From Craspedostauros australis (taxonomy: Eukaryota), in the NCBI GenBank assembly GCA_030167865.1, contig JALAGF010004074.1, forward strand, positions 62,001-121,724: 59,724 bases of DNA. The letters are read 5' to 3'. Shown here piece by piece: positions 1 through 11,438 of this stretch. The position numbers and the translations under genes are program-made. The notes under the pieces are model-generated. The model was given only the letters and a program-made list of their open reading frames with translations, was not told the origin of the DNA and did not search any database. Position 1 is the first letter of the stretch, and each line of letters opens with the position of its first letter.

Positions 1-1041
1 GCCATCGTCACTTTTGTCGATAGCGCGACTGTTGGGACCGTTGATGTTGAAACCTCCCATTTTGTTGCCCATGTCGCTGTACTTGCGATACCAGTGCCCT
101 TTGGCGTACGATACGCGCGCGGTGTAGCAGATGCGACGAATGGAAGAGGAGAGCAATTCTCTGGCTGCCAACGGGAGGTAGATCTTGGATATCTCCTTCC
201 ATCCTGGAGACGGAAGTGTGGCGCCAACCATCACCATTGGCGGGTTTGCCATTGCGATCTGACCGTTGCCAGACCCGGTGTTGTTGCTGCTGTTGTTGTT
301 GTTGTCACTGGCAGGGTTGATTTGTGAGCGTAGATGCGAGTGTGCTGGCATCGGTGTTGGCATCGGTATGTGCATATTAATGTTTATGGTCATGTTCGTT
401 GCGATAGATGGAGGCGACGCGACAGTGTTCGGGTGGTGTGGAGAGTTGGTGCCGAGCGAATGTGCCATGTCTGAACGTGGTATTTGACCCTCTTGGATGC
501 TGTCAGCAGCTTGAAGTTCCGGTTGAAGCGCTGGTTGCTGGAGGCATGGCAACTGCGAAAGGTTGCCTGCGAGATCATCGAACGTGTGATTATCATGACT
601 CCCGCTGTCATGCAAGTCATGGACCGATGTGCACGGATATTCGTCGGACGCAACTGTGGATGGTGCAGTTTGCCCAGCATGGCTAGATCGTTGCGGAGAC
701 GAGAAAGGGGATGCGGAAGGTGACGGGGGCGATGCCATATTGTCATACCAAGAGGATGGTGCCGGAACGAAGTTATCGTCCTCCTCATCACTTGCATTTA
801 CGCTGACATTAACGTTCGTGGTTGTGCGTGTGGTTTCGTTGTTCCGTGGATCGTGGGATTTTCGTTCTGCATCCACGCTTCTGTTCATGCCACTGTCCAT
901 GTCTGCGCCATCGCCGATGCTGCGCCCAATGTGAACATCACAAGGTGCATTCGCGATTTCTTGTCGCCCTGCAGAGGAATCAGCGGAAGCTTCCGCATCT
1001 CCCCTTGCTGAGATGCCGGTGCCATCGTCATGCTGATCCAT
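1..1041 (-). CDS. Partial uncharacterised protein running off the left window edge
   Basis: Manual translation shows a minus-strand frame free of stops from 1197 to beyond base 1. The first ATG is at 1041 (MDQHDDG...). The N-part is low-complexity S/P/N-rich, then ...GWKEISKIYLPLAARELLSSSIRRICYTARVSYAKGHWYRKY... It is missing from the ORF track because it has no stop inside the window. The true start is uncertain. Confidence 0.65.
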   Translation of the reverse strand, partial: MDQHDDGTGISARGDAEASADSSAGRQEIANAPCDVHIGRSIGDGADMDSGMNRSVDAERKSHDPRNNETTRTTTNVNVSVNASDEEDDNFVPAPSSWYDNMASPPSPSASPFSSPQRSSHAGQTAPSTVASDEYPCTSVHDLHDSGSHDNHTFDDLAGNLSQLPCLQQPALQPELQAADSIQEGQIPRSDMAHSLGTNSPHHPNTVASPPSIATNMTININMHIPMPTPMPAHSHLRSQINPASDNNNNSSNNTGSGNGQIAMANPPMVMVGATLPSPGWKEISKIYLPLAARELLSSSIRRICYTARVSYAKGHWYRKYSDMGNKMGGFNINGPNSRAIDKSDDG

Positions 1042-1944
1042 GTTTGGAAAGGCGCCGCACAAGACTCCACAAGGCGTCAAAGGGAGACGTTGGGCTGCGA
1101 GTTCGCAGGCGCTGTCTGCTGATTCTATTATGTACAAACTGCTGCCGCGATGTTCCTCTCGCTGAGTCTCCTCGTTATCTTTGGTCGCAATGAAGTCTTA
1201 TATCTTTGTGCCCTCTTCTTTCCTTTGCTCTCCTTTGCTCTCTGCTTGCTTGAGCGCCTTCTTTGAGATGTCCGACCTCTGTGAGAAATCCCGTTCGCCC
1301 ACCGAAGAACCTCACAGAGAGGGAGAGCGCTTCGTGTTTTACACAAGACCAACATGGACGTGTCATCATCTTGGTTGACGCGACTGTTGTCACACAACAA
1401 CGAACAAATCTCCCACCACACCAACACACACACACATCACCTTTTCTTTTGCCAGCTTTTTCTGCGACGAGAATTTCGAACTCAATCACGAGAATTCCGA
1501 ACGCGTGACTCGATAACTTTTGGTCGCGAGAGTCGACATCTTCCGAATCTCGAAGCTCCACGATACTGTACTCTGGTCCAATACAAGACACTGCAATTCT
1601 ACACTACGACCTATTCCATGTTGCAGCTCTACTCGTCCGCAAGTCACAGTGGGCATGAACAAGTTTAGTGGCGTGTTATGGATCAGCTCGTCCGCATATC
1701 TCTTTGTCTCTCCGTAGAGAGACAGAGACTGAGCGTTCGATCAATTGAATTTGTGGTGATGTTTTGGCTGGAGGGTGCGTCGTCCAGAGTCATAAACTGT
1801 AAGAGGAGGTGGTTGAGAGCGCAGGAACGGTTCACAAATCCCACCATATTAGTACTCGTATTAGGATCACACACGACTTGCAGGCCTTGTGCTTTCCGTC
1901 TCATTCTGCCGACATCAAACGAGCAGGTCATCAGTCATTCAAGC

Positions 1945-2763
1945 TCACAGCTTGCTCTTCAGCAGCGGCGGCGCTTTCGCCTTGTTAAGCGCAAAGTACG
2001 CCTCCGCGTACAGCTCCATCTTCAGCTTTGAGAATTGCTTTGGATTGAAATTGATCAGTTTCAATTTGTGCGCGTACCCGTCGCGCGCAATCTCCGCCGC
2101 AGTCTCCCAAAGCTGCTCCACCGGAACCTCCTCATCGATCATCCCGACGCTCTTGGCCTCCGTGCTGCCGTACCGACGGCCGTTCAACACGGCCTCACGT
2201 TGCAACCGCCTGTCGGGGAGCTTGTCTTTCACGATGGCTGCAAACCCGGGCGACAACGGCATTCCGAGGCTGCTTTCGGGGAAGTTGCAGTATCCGCGGC
2301 GCGTTCTCATCACGCGGTAGTCGCAGCACAATGCCAGGAATAGACCGGCACCAAATGCATGCCCGTTGATCGCGGCGACAGTGCGGCAGTTCAACACCAG
2401 CAGCTTGGCCAACAGTTTCCACAGCTTCTCAATGAATTTTGTGGATGTCAGCGGAGGCGTCGCTGGCGATGATGCGCCCGGATTGGAACGCTGCTGCTCG
2501 TTTTGCTTCGCAGCCTTGCGGTCTTGGGCGAGCATCCATTCCAAGTCCAGTCCGTTGGAAAAGAACTTGCCGGAGCCTTGAACAACCAAAGCCTTCGGAT
2601 GCTCGGCTTTCTCAACAATGCCGATTGCTGTATTGAGCTGATTCAGCAAGCCGAGATTCCACCGATTCTCTCCTCGGTTCATCGTCAACGTGAACAGACC
2701 GTCGTCCGTTCTGCACAGTGTGATGCCATCGGCGTCATGCACGCTCTTTCCAAACGTTGCCAT
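1945..2763 (-). CDS. Peroxisomal enoyl-CoA delta-isomerase (crotonase superfamily)
   Basis: Crotonase motifs GKFFSNGLDL, VAAINGHAFGAGLFLALCCDYRVM and FPESSLG, plus C-terminal PTS1 -SKL. Start is likely ATG 2763 (MATFGK); 2880 is an alternative and the ORF track extends to 2970. Confidence 0.9.
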   Translation of the reverse strand: MATFGKSVHDADGITLCRTDDGLFTLTMNRGENRWNLGLLNQLNTAIGIVEKAEHPKALVVQGSGKFFSNGLDLEWMLAQDRKAAKQNEQQRSNPGASSPATPPLTSTKFIEKLWKLLAKLLVLNCRTVAAINGHAFGAGLFLALCCDYRVMRTRRGYCNFPESSLGMPLSPGFAAIVKDKLPDRRLQREAVLNGRRYGSTEAKSVGMIDEEVPVEQLWETAAEIARDGYAHKLKLINFNPKQFSKLKMELYAEAYFALNKAKAPPLLKSKL

Positions 2764-3407
2764 CGTGTTGGTGGTGGTGGTGATGGTTCTGGAAGTGTGT
2801 TGTTGTTGTGGTAACGGCGAAGGGGATGGATTTGTTGGGTGTGTCGATGGGAGAAGTTGGCCAGATGAGGGATCTTCCATTTTTTGTCGTGTTTGGGGAC
2901 AGAAGCGCTTTGGGTTGAGCGTGACAGTCTGCAAAGAGGACTGGAACAAACAGCCCAAGTCGACAGACAATCAACGAGCAACAGCCAACGAGATTCACAA
3001 ACAAACAGTCACTCTCGGAACATCGTCGAACTGGAGAAGATAGAATTCCTAGCCTCCTACCCTGATCGGCAGCCATGTACAGAGGAGGATGGCACCGAGT
3101 CCGAATACGGCCTCAACATGCTACAATGAAGTAACTTCGATCAAGGCATCGATGGAGCTTCAGAGTATTCGTCGAGTAAGTTGCATGGTAACATGGTAAC
3201 ATAGTAGCGGAGTGACATGACGGCATCACAACATCGCACAAGGCAACAAAACCGGATTTGACTGTTTGTGAATCATTGTGATTCGACAACACGAGAGAGA
3301 AGAAGCCGGCCAAACCGACGTGGCGCAAATTCACCCACACAAAACAAACCAGTCGTTCCTCCAAATGCAATCCAACAACGCCGCAAAACTGCATACAATC
3401 ATGCCAT

Positions 3408-3441
3408 ACCGTACCATACCATACCATACCATACCATACCA
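3408..3441. repeat. (CCATA)n pentanucleotide microsatellite
   Basis: ccatac cataccatacc ataccatacc run seen directly in intergenic DNA. Confidence 0.85.
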
Positions 3442-3692
3442 TGCTATACTCGTGCCAATGAAAACTGTGACAATGAGTATAGTCTCGCATTGCGGTTCAC
3501 TCAAACTTTGCCAATGTGATGATGTACTGCTGGATTTGGTGTGGCATCGCATAACATCGCATGGTTTCGCACCACCATCCCATTCTCCTCCCATCATCTC
3601 ATAAAATCAAAGCAACAACAACACACAACCAAACAATCGCAACAACAATCGCAACCACACTCTCACCACCCAATAACCCAACAGCATCAATC

Positions 3693-4769
3693 ATGAAGTT
3701 CACTATCAACACCATCGTCGCCACAGCCCTCCTCATGGCATCCGCCATGCCAACACCAGCCTTCGCCAAGGAAGCAAGTCTCCGAAAGGGATCCAACGGT
3801 CCCGTTCCCACCGACGCCAATGCCAACGCCAACGCCGAAATCATCAACAACCCACAACGAAGCCGATCCCTGCTCCTCAGATCCCTCCCCCAGGAAACCT
3901 ACGTTGCTGCCGACTCCCAGATCGCCTTCATTGGCGGACCAGATGCCACCTCCGCTCTGGGATCCTCGATCATCATTACAGGCAACATGGTCGACAGCGA
4001 CGAAGCGACGCTGATCGATCCCGCAGCCAGCACTCCAACCGGCACCGTGTACGGAACGTCTTCCCAGGTGTGCATCACCACTGCGACTGGGGCCGTCCCT
4101 GCTACCGACATCGCCGCCCATCAATGCACCATCACAGACGAGTTCTTCGCATCTGACGGATCGTCTCTTGGATCCGTCATCATGCAGGCTGGCGGAAAGT
4201 ACGACTTCACGCCAGGCGTCGGCGGGGAGCTGCCTCCATCCTTCGAAGCGGCTGTGATCGGCGGGACTGGACTGTTCGATGATGTGACAGGCAGCGTGCT
4301 CATCGAGACCATGCGCGAACGCACCGGAACCTTCCCAACCAACCTCTCTGGCTTCATCGTCCTGCGTCACAACTATGACAACATGCAGTACAACTACGAC
4401 AGCGGCAACGACGCCAACACCGGATTGATGTACGGACCATGCGAGATCACCTTCAAGGACGAGGCGGCCTTGCGTGCGGGCAGTACCGACAACAAGATCG
4501 AGATGAAGCTCGCTTTCGATGCGGACGAAGCCGAGCTGGACTTCTCCAACTCTGGCATTCCAATGACCCAGTTGNGNCTCACGGGCGGCAAGTTCAACTT
4601 CGTGGCACGCACGGGCGGCAACAGCATGCAGATCAAGAAGAAGAACAGCGTGATGGACTCTGCCATGTTGACCAACAGCAAGAACTTCATCATGCAGAGC
4701 GTGCCGCAGATGCAGGGAGACGTGCCAACCTTCCAGCTTCCTACATGCAGGGCCGTGTACAAGGCTTGA
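3693..4769 (+). CDS. Secreted protein with dirigent/allene-oxide-cyclase-like beta-barrel
   Basis: Signal peptide MKFTINTIVATALLMASAMPTPAFA. Motifs VYGTSSQVCI and FEAAVIGGTGLFDDVTGSV resemble the A(I/V)xGGTGxFxxxxG signature of dirigent/AOC barrels. Strong C/G bias at third codon positions. Two Ns at 4575 and 4577. Confidence 0.65.
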   Translation: MKFTINTIVATALLMASAMPTPAFAKEASLRKGSNGPVPTDANANANAEIINNPQRSRSLLLRSLPQETYVAADSQIAFIGGPDATSALGSSIIITGNMVDSDEATLIDPAASTPTGTVYGTSSQVCITTATGAVPATDIAAHQCTITDEFFASDGSSLGSVIMQAGGKYDFTPGVGGELPPSFEAAVIGGTGLFDDVTGSVLIETMRERTGTFPTNLSGFIVLRHNYDNMQYNYDSGNDANTGLMYGPCEITFKDEAALRAGSTDNKIEMKLAFDADEAELDFSNSGIPMTQLXLTGGKFNFVARTGGNSMQIKKKNSVMDSAMLTNSKNFIMQSVPQMQGDVPTFQLPTCRAVYKA

Positions 4770-5266
4770 GCATGAGAACAAGCACAGGATGGCAGAGCCG
4801 TCAGATGAATGTACGGAACATACAGATCAAACTGCACATGTCTCCTTCCAAGCACATCCCCACACATAGCACATACAACAAATTTATTCTAGATCAATAG
4901 AGACAATTCATTGAAAACAATCTTCAACACTGATGATTCCACAGATGGTGTGAGGAGCTTGGGAGTGTTGGGGCAGATTGATGTTTTCTGTTCGGAGGCG
5001 GCGAATTCGTCAGCATGTGTGTTACAGTCGCAGGAGTCGAGTGCAGCCTTTTCCATGTTTTGGCTCGTACTTCTTGCCAGTCAGGTCACAACTGTGACGT
5101 TTCTTTGTGGATCACGATTGAGATCTTGCGACGAGAACGAAAACGGCGATGGAGCTGGCGACGATCTCGGCATTGATTCGTCCCATACATACCATACTAA
5201 TGCTCCAGCGCACCCACATCACGCTGATGCTGCTGTCACGCATACTCATACTTGCCACTTTCCAAA

Positions 5267-6388
5267 ATGAAACTTCTGAACGAACCTTCTCTGCTGCTGC
5301 TGACGCTTGGCTTGACGACCGAATGGTCGACCGCCTTTCAGCACCAGACGCCCGCATTAAGCCGATCATCGCAGGCATTCGTCAATTCGGAGCTGGCAGC
5401 GTCCTCCAATCCACTCGGTGTGGCATTCGGGAAGATCTTCCAGCCGTCATCGTCGTCATCATCCTCCTCGCAGACGCCGTCGTCTTTCTCCTCCAAACGC
5501 CTTTGCAGAGCTCGCGCACTCGTCAAATCGTTGGTGGAGGAGGACAAGTGCTTCTCCACGGATGAGGGAGCCATTGCATTCGGCAATGTGTGCGCCATCA
5601 ACGTCGTCTACGAAGACTGCTTCGAACCGCAGCCCATCGTCGGCAAGGCTGCCGTCACCGAGTACATGCTGGACAAGGTCGCCAAACGCAAAGGATCGGG
5701 CGACACACGCATCGATCGCATCAGCGATGGCGACACTGCCTGCGGCTTTGCCTGGACGTGGGTCACGGAAAAGGAGGAGGGTCTGCGCGGGACGACTTTC
5801 GTGCAATTGAACAGCAACGGCGAGATCCAGTACGTTCGGGAAATCCCGGAGCCGTTGTTCAAGCCAGGCGATGCCACCAAATCGTTGCTCGAGGCCATCA
5901 CGCAGGATGCCGAACCGCGTCCCAAACCAGACTACAAGCCCAAATCGCCTACGATTGCCAACGAATTGGCCAAGTATCTCTTCATCGACGTGCAGGGCGC
6001 AGATGTCAGCGAGGCCATGCGCTTCTTCGACGATTCCATCGTGTACCGCGACTTCAACTACGAGGAGGCGCTGCGCACCAAGGACGAGGTGCAGACCTTC
6101 ATTGAGGACTTTTCATTCCCCGGAATCGAATTCCGACCGGATAGATTCGATGATGGCATCGACAGCACCTGCTTCACCTGGGATGTGTGCCTCGATGGTC
6201 AGGAGGACACCATCAAGGGCGTGTCATTCTACGAACTGGATCCGGAATCTCGCAAGATCACGTACGTGCGAGATGTTCCAGAATCTGCCATGAAGCCGGC
6301 ACCACTTGGAGGCCTTGCGCGCAATTTGAGACCAGGCCTGGGGGTGTTTCAGGGAGTCCCCATCGGCAGCCGTCCAGGGGGCAAGTGA
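5267..6388 (+). CDS. Plastid-targeted protein with two SnoaL/NTF2-like domains
   Basis: Signal peptide ending STA-F followed by an S-rich transit peptide. Two internal repeats: VVYEDCFEPQPIVGK...GTTFVQLNSNGEIQYVREIPE and IVYRDFNYEEALRTK...GVSFYELDPESRKITYVRDVPE. Confidence 0.8.
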   Translation: MKLLNEPSLLLLTLGLTTEWSTAFQHQTPALSRSSQAFVNSELAASSNPLGVAFGKIFQPSSSSSSSSQTPSSFSSKRLCRARALVKSLVEEDKCFSTDEGAIAFGNVCAINVVYEDCFEPQPIVGKAAVTEYMLDKVAKRKGSGDTRIDRISDGDTACGFAWTWVTEKEEGLRGTTFVQLNSNGEIQYVREIPEPLFKPGDATKSLLEAITQDAEPRPKPDYKPKSPTIANELAKYLFIDVQGADVSEAMRFFDDSIVYRDFNYEEALRTKDEVQTFIEDFSFPGIEFRPDRFDDGIDSTCFTWDVCLDGQEDTIKGVSFYELDPESRKITYVRDVPESAMKPAPLGGLARNLRPGLGVFQGVPIGSRPGGK

Positions 6389-6820
6389 TGTAGATTCAAG
6401 CGGTAGGACGGTAGGTGGAACAGAGTGATAAAGCGTGGAGTACTCGTACCACGAGGATGATCGAATTTGTATGTAGGAAACATGGCTGGGGAAAATCGCA
6501 CCAACGAGCACACGCGGGCGATCGTCGCAAAGATGAACGTCTCAGTAATTGTCCACGGCACACATCATGCAATGATGACAGGGACCACTCACAACGAAAT
6601 CGGTCATTGCAAACGACAGCATTGCAATGCTGAGCATAGTACGTAATACTGTTACGAGGAGGCAGCTATCTAAACCAACCACCTTCATATCACTCTTTCG
6701 AAATTTACTTGTTGAGTGTCAAATAATTCTCTACTCGCAGAGTACTGCAGTGGTCTCTAGCAGTATAGACTATTTTCCCTTCCAACGTATGTGCTATTAT
6801 ACGACGTAGTACTCTATGCA

Positions 6821-8083
6821 TCACTTCAAAGCTGGTACCTGCGCCACAACCCGATTCTGAATCAAATCCACGTCGCGCAGATCAACCTTCGCCGTGTTCG
6901 TCATACGTTCGATCGTTTCACGATGCTCTTTGAGGACCGGCAGCAACTTTTCCTTGGCAGGGATGGCCGTGACATGGACCGGCTGAGGGGGAGGCATATT
7001 CTGCGACTTGTCATGCAGCGCGATGAGCACCGCCTTGGCCGCTTCCATCTGCTTCTGCAGATTGACCAGTTTGGCAATCGCAAGCTGCTCGTCTCTTTGC
7101 AGCGGCTGATTCATGCATCGTGCCAGCTCCACCTTGCGCATGACATCGAGCAGTCGCTTCTTCAACGTCGCGTGCACCTGGTTGAGGTAAACGGTCTGTT
7201 CCTTGATGCTTTCGCAACGCGACTTCAGTGTCTGATTGGCAGCCTTGAGTGTCGTCGTGTGCTTCTCCAGATCCTGCGCGCGTTCTTGCTGCCACGAGAC
7301 CCGCGCTTGCAATGCGACGGCGCCCACCAGTGCGACGGGGGTGTAATTCTGTGGATCTGGGTTGTTGGCCACTGCCTTCTTCCATTCCTGCTCGGACAGC
7401 TGCGGCGGTCTTGGCGGCGCCATCAATGCTCCGCCTGTCCCCATGCCCTGCAACCATCTCATCTGACGATCCTCGGGCGACATGTCATTGTACACGATGC
7501 AAACGAATTTGGAGTCGTCCACCGGAGACGACGGCATCTTCCTGCCGGTGTACGCCGCGTTGAGCGCCTCCAGCGCCGAACGCACACGATCCGCCTCCTG
7601 CCGAGCGGCGGCATCCATGTGCGCCTGCAACGCTGCCTGAGCTGGGATCTGTTGCTGCGGCAGTTGCTGCCCGTATGCGTTTGCTGGTGCGGCCGCTGGT
7701 GTGGTGCCGAACAGACTGGATCCAGGGGCCGCTGTCGGCGTGCTGCCAAAGAGGCTGGTTCCTGGCGCTGCAGCCGGAGTCCCGAACAGGCTCGTAGTCG
7801 GTGCTGCTGCCGGTGCGGCTCCGAAGCCAAAGCCTCCCGAAGGCGCAGGCGCGAACGCTGACGTAGATCCAAAGAGCCCGGTCGAACCCGCGGGTGATGG
7901 GGCTGGGCTTGCGCCACCGAAGCTGAATCCACCTGCTGCTGGCGCTTGTGCCGGTGAAGCACCTGCTGGAGCACCGAACAGAGACGTCCCTGCAGCGGGT
8001 GCGGGCGGAGCGGTCGGTGCCGCACCGGGTGCAGCAGGGGCACCACCGAATGTGTGCACTGTGTTGGATCCCCAGGTGACCAT
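6821..8083 (-). CDS. NUP54: Nucleoporin Nup54/Nup57
   Basis: N-terminal FG repeats (SLFG, GFSFG, GLFG, GFGFG), then PPQLSEQEWKKAVANNPDPQNYTPVALVGAVALQARV typical of the Nup54 domain, then coiled coil. Start is likely ATG 8083. Confidence 0.9.
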   Translation of the reverse strand: MVTWGSNTVHTFGGAPAAPGAAPTAPPAPAAGTSLFGAPAGASPAQAPAAGGFSFGGASPAPSPAGSTGLFGSTSAFAPAPSGGFGFGAAPAAAPTTSLFGTPAAAPGTSLFGSTPTAAPGSSLFGTTPAAAPANAYGQQLPQQQIPAQAALQAHMDAAARQEADRVRSALEALNAAYTGRKMPSSPVDDSKFVCIVYNDMSPEDRQMRWLQGMGTGGALMAPPRPPQLSEQEWKKAVANNPDPQNYTPVALVGAVALQARVSWQQERAQDLEKHTTTLKAANQTLKSRCESIKEQTVYLNQVHATLKKRLLDVMRKVELARCMNQPLQRDEQLAIAKLVNLQKQMEAAKAVLIALHDKSQNMPPPQPVHVTAIPAKEKLLPVLKEHRETIERMTNTAKVDLRDVDLIQNRVVAQVPALK

Positions 8084-9403
8084 GATTGCTGATGGTACTT
8101 GCTTACTCACTTGCCGATTGTGACTATCTTCCTGGATCCCAACGTGCTGTATGTTGGAGAGAAGAAAGAGAGGTGCGCAGGGCCAAGAGCGCACAGATGA
8201 ATAACGCTATGGCTGGGGTGTTGGTGGGCGTGGATCTGTTTGTTGATCGAGCGTGTGTGTGTGTCTGTGTTTGAAGCGCATTGTCTCTTGGCTCCCTTGG
8301 CCAGCGTGTCTTTGACGAGTTTCGATTGTGACAACGGGATTTGAAATGTTGAGATTTGGCATGATGTAGACAGCCTGATCAAGGACAGACGGAAATCAAT
8401 CCTCTACACGTCAGACTGACAGACTAAACGTGTGTCTGTACCGCCCAAATGACGCACATTTCCACTCTCTCTCCTCCCAATCGTACTTGCTCATGCAGGA
8501 GTTCACCTCCAGCTGTATGTGTGTGTGCATTCGGATGTTGAATGCTGCAACAAGATGTATATCACGATCTGGACATGTGCAGAGCAGGAACAGTATCACA
8601 GATGCATCACGCAAGATGTTATCGTGTATGCTATGTACGATTCCAACCAGAACCCGGAAGACGAGAGAGAGAAAGATCAGCAGAGTGGCTGATCTACACA
8701 GAGAGACTGCAGAGACAGCAGTAGAAGCCAACAGAAAGGAGCAGTGCAGACAGCAATACAAGAAAGTAGCTCATAAGTTGATTAGACCACGGAAACTAAA
8801 CCCGCAAATCAACGCCCCCACCAGTCTTCGTGTTTTCAACCTTTGTCACACGCAAACGCACGACGTACAGACAATCGAACACGAACAGTTCAACATTGAA
8901 ATGGCTGGCTTTTGGTTCTGATGAGTCGCATCTGCATCGACATTTTTTTCTTCTGTCTGTCATTCGTCAGGTGCTGCTTCATCAAATGCGGAAGCGAAGA
9001 GTCAGCTCGAGTCACGAACCCAAAACACGAAAAGGTATCATTCGTCTGAGGCGAAAGTCGCCAGATCGCCTCCGACAGAGGCGAACAATCAGCATCACAC
9101 AAGAGAAAGTGACAACATCGCTGCTGACAACAACGCAATCATACCTGGAGAGAGCACGAACATCATACACGTCGACATACGATACGCTTCACCTTGGCAG
9201 CTGATGAGAGGAGGGAAGAGGTGGTGGTGGTGGTTGGTTGGTTTGGACATGCATTCCACGATCCGCCGACATCATCTTCACTTCGTGCGCACAACAGTCG
9301 ACGGCCCGAAGCAGGGGCATTGCGATTGAACGAAGAGCGAAGGGTTTCCAATCGGAATCATACTCACAACACAATCAGCTTCGCTTCCACAAGACACCGG
9401 AGG

Positions 9404-11241
9404 ATGTTCATCCTTGCATCTACCATCATGAGATGCCTGCGATGTGTCATCATGATAGCCGTCCTCGCATCCTTCGAACCCGAGGGCAATATCGTTGCTG
9501 GTAAGTTGTCTGATCTGTAGTACCACACTTGCATCAACCGAGCGCCTGCTTCCTCCATCTCAACTCGGATACTCTTCTTTGCTCTGCTCTTTTCTGCTCT
9601 GTTCCACTTTTATTCTTCTCCCTGCCAGACGCCCAAGGCACGAGGATGCCTGCGTCGCCATCAATATCGGCGCCCATCAATGATCGATGCATCAATAGCA
9701 TGGAGCTCGATTTCAGCAGCTCAATCAACGGTACAAACATCGGGTCCAACTTCGATGCACTCAACGTATTTGGTTGCGGCCCGCACAGTGATGCCAACGG
9801 TGTTTGGTACTCCGTGGCCGGCGATGGTGCGCCAATCCGAGCCTTCTTGTGTTTGTGCCCAACAACAGCAATATCCACGTCGGCGTCCACGAACATTTTG
9901 ACGGTTGCCAGCATCGCCATCCATACCGCATGCAACACCGAACAGAGCTGCTTGACTTATTCCAACCCCACCGCGTTTCGCTGCGATGACGAGGATGATG
10001 ATACTGCCCTGGAATTGGAATGGAACACGACGCAAGGCCACCAATACTATATTCACGTTCGAAGTTACAGTGACATTGATTTCCAGTTGATGGTGCAGAC
10101 CACCAGAATGGCGGTTCCGAGTGATGACTGTCGTGATTCGATTCGGATCCAACCTGGGGAGCGGTTGGCTGGGGATGCGTCGAACGCAACGCAGGATTCG
10201 TTTCAAATGAACCAGTGTGGGGGTGCTTCCGACCAGCCAGGTATTTGGTACTCCGTCGTTGGGAATGGCAATAAACACAGCCTTTCCATGTGCATCGCAG
10301 GGGACAACTACGGGTACCAGTACGATGATAGCAACAACAACGACGATGATGTGATCGTATCCATCCATGACGGCAGGTGCGATACCGATGCAACAAGCTG
10401 CATCGCGTATGAGACGATCAATGCCCGATGCTCACAAGGAGCTGTTGATACTGTCCAATGGATGACCTTGCCGAATCAGACATACCATTTGCAGGTTCGT
10501 TCGGCGGTTTCGCTCCCCGCATTTAAGGGCATGATTGCCGATGCCGAAGAGCAGACCCTTCGAACAAGGCGGGATGCATGCGATGCAATCCGCGATGTTT
10601 CGCCCAACAAGGCTGTGGATGGTACCATCGATACAACGACCGCCAATATCTTTGACGACAGCATGTGCGGCGACAGCGTGGAACGTGTGGGCAATTTTTA
10701 CAGATTCTTTGGAACAGGCAAGTTCGTGACGGCGAATCTTTGCAGTGTCGATAGTGGCAACAATCGCAGAAACAGCAGCAGCAATGAAACTGCTCGTCTC
10801 AGTGCATCCATTGGTGTGAGCTGCACGATGGGTGTTTGTTTGGCACATTCGCCGCGGCATATTGCATCATGTAGCGAAAGTCATGACAACGACGGCGGTG
10901 GAGAGAATGGGAGTAATGTTCGGAGCGGCAATCTCGTAAATTCCCACAACCATACCATCCATCGCTGGTTGGCCCTGAAAGATCGACAGTACTACATTCA
11001 CATTTCAGGCAGCGACGCGATCGATTACGTCCTGTCGATCGAAGAAGATGTCGAACCGCTGGCGAAGAACACCGACGTATGGACGTTCCTCGTGATATCA
11101 GGCATTGCATTTGTGGGGGCAATGATGCTGCTGCGATGTTACATGTGCACGATGAGACCTCAGAGACGTCGCACCGAATCAAGGAAGCGCCGTCGGTACA
11201 AGAAGCGACGTCGAGAGTTGAATCCTGCGGCAGCATGCTGA
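9404..11241 (+). CDS. Type I membrane protein with three Cys-containing NDxC/GxWY repeats
   Basis: Predicted exons 9404-9500 (signal peptide) and 9629-11241, joined by an in-frame phase-1 GTAAGT...CCAG intron. Repeats: INDRC..GVWYSVAGDG, SDDC..GIWYSVVGNG, RDAC..GNFYRFFGTG. TM helix VWTFLVISGIAFVGAMMLL followed by a basic tail. Confidence 0.75.
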
Positions 11242-11438
11242 GAAGGCTTGCATCCACCAAGTGGCAACCGTAGCAGTGATACGCGCGATGGTGGATTCCG
11301 CAAATGCTGCGTCTATGTGATATATGGGTGTGCACTCGATGTGCAAGTATGTGTGGTGTTGGTGGTGGTAGTGCGAGTAATACGTATAGAGTGGGCCCAT
11401 TTTTTTCTGTAGAGTAGTGGTCTTACTTGCCACTCCGG

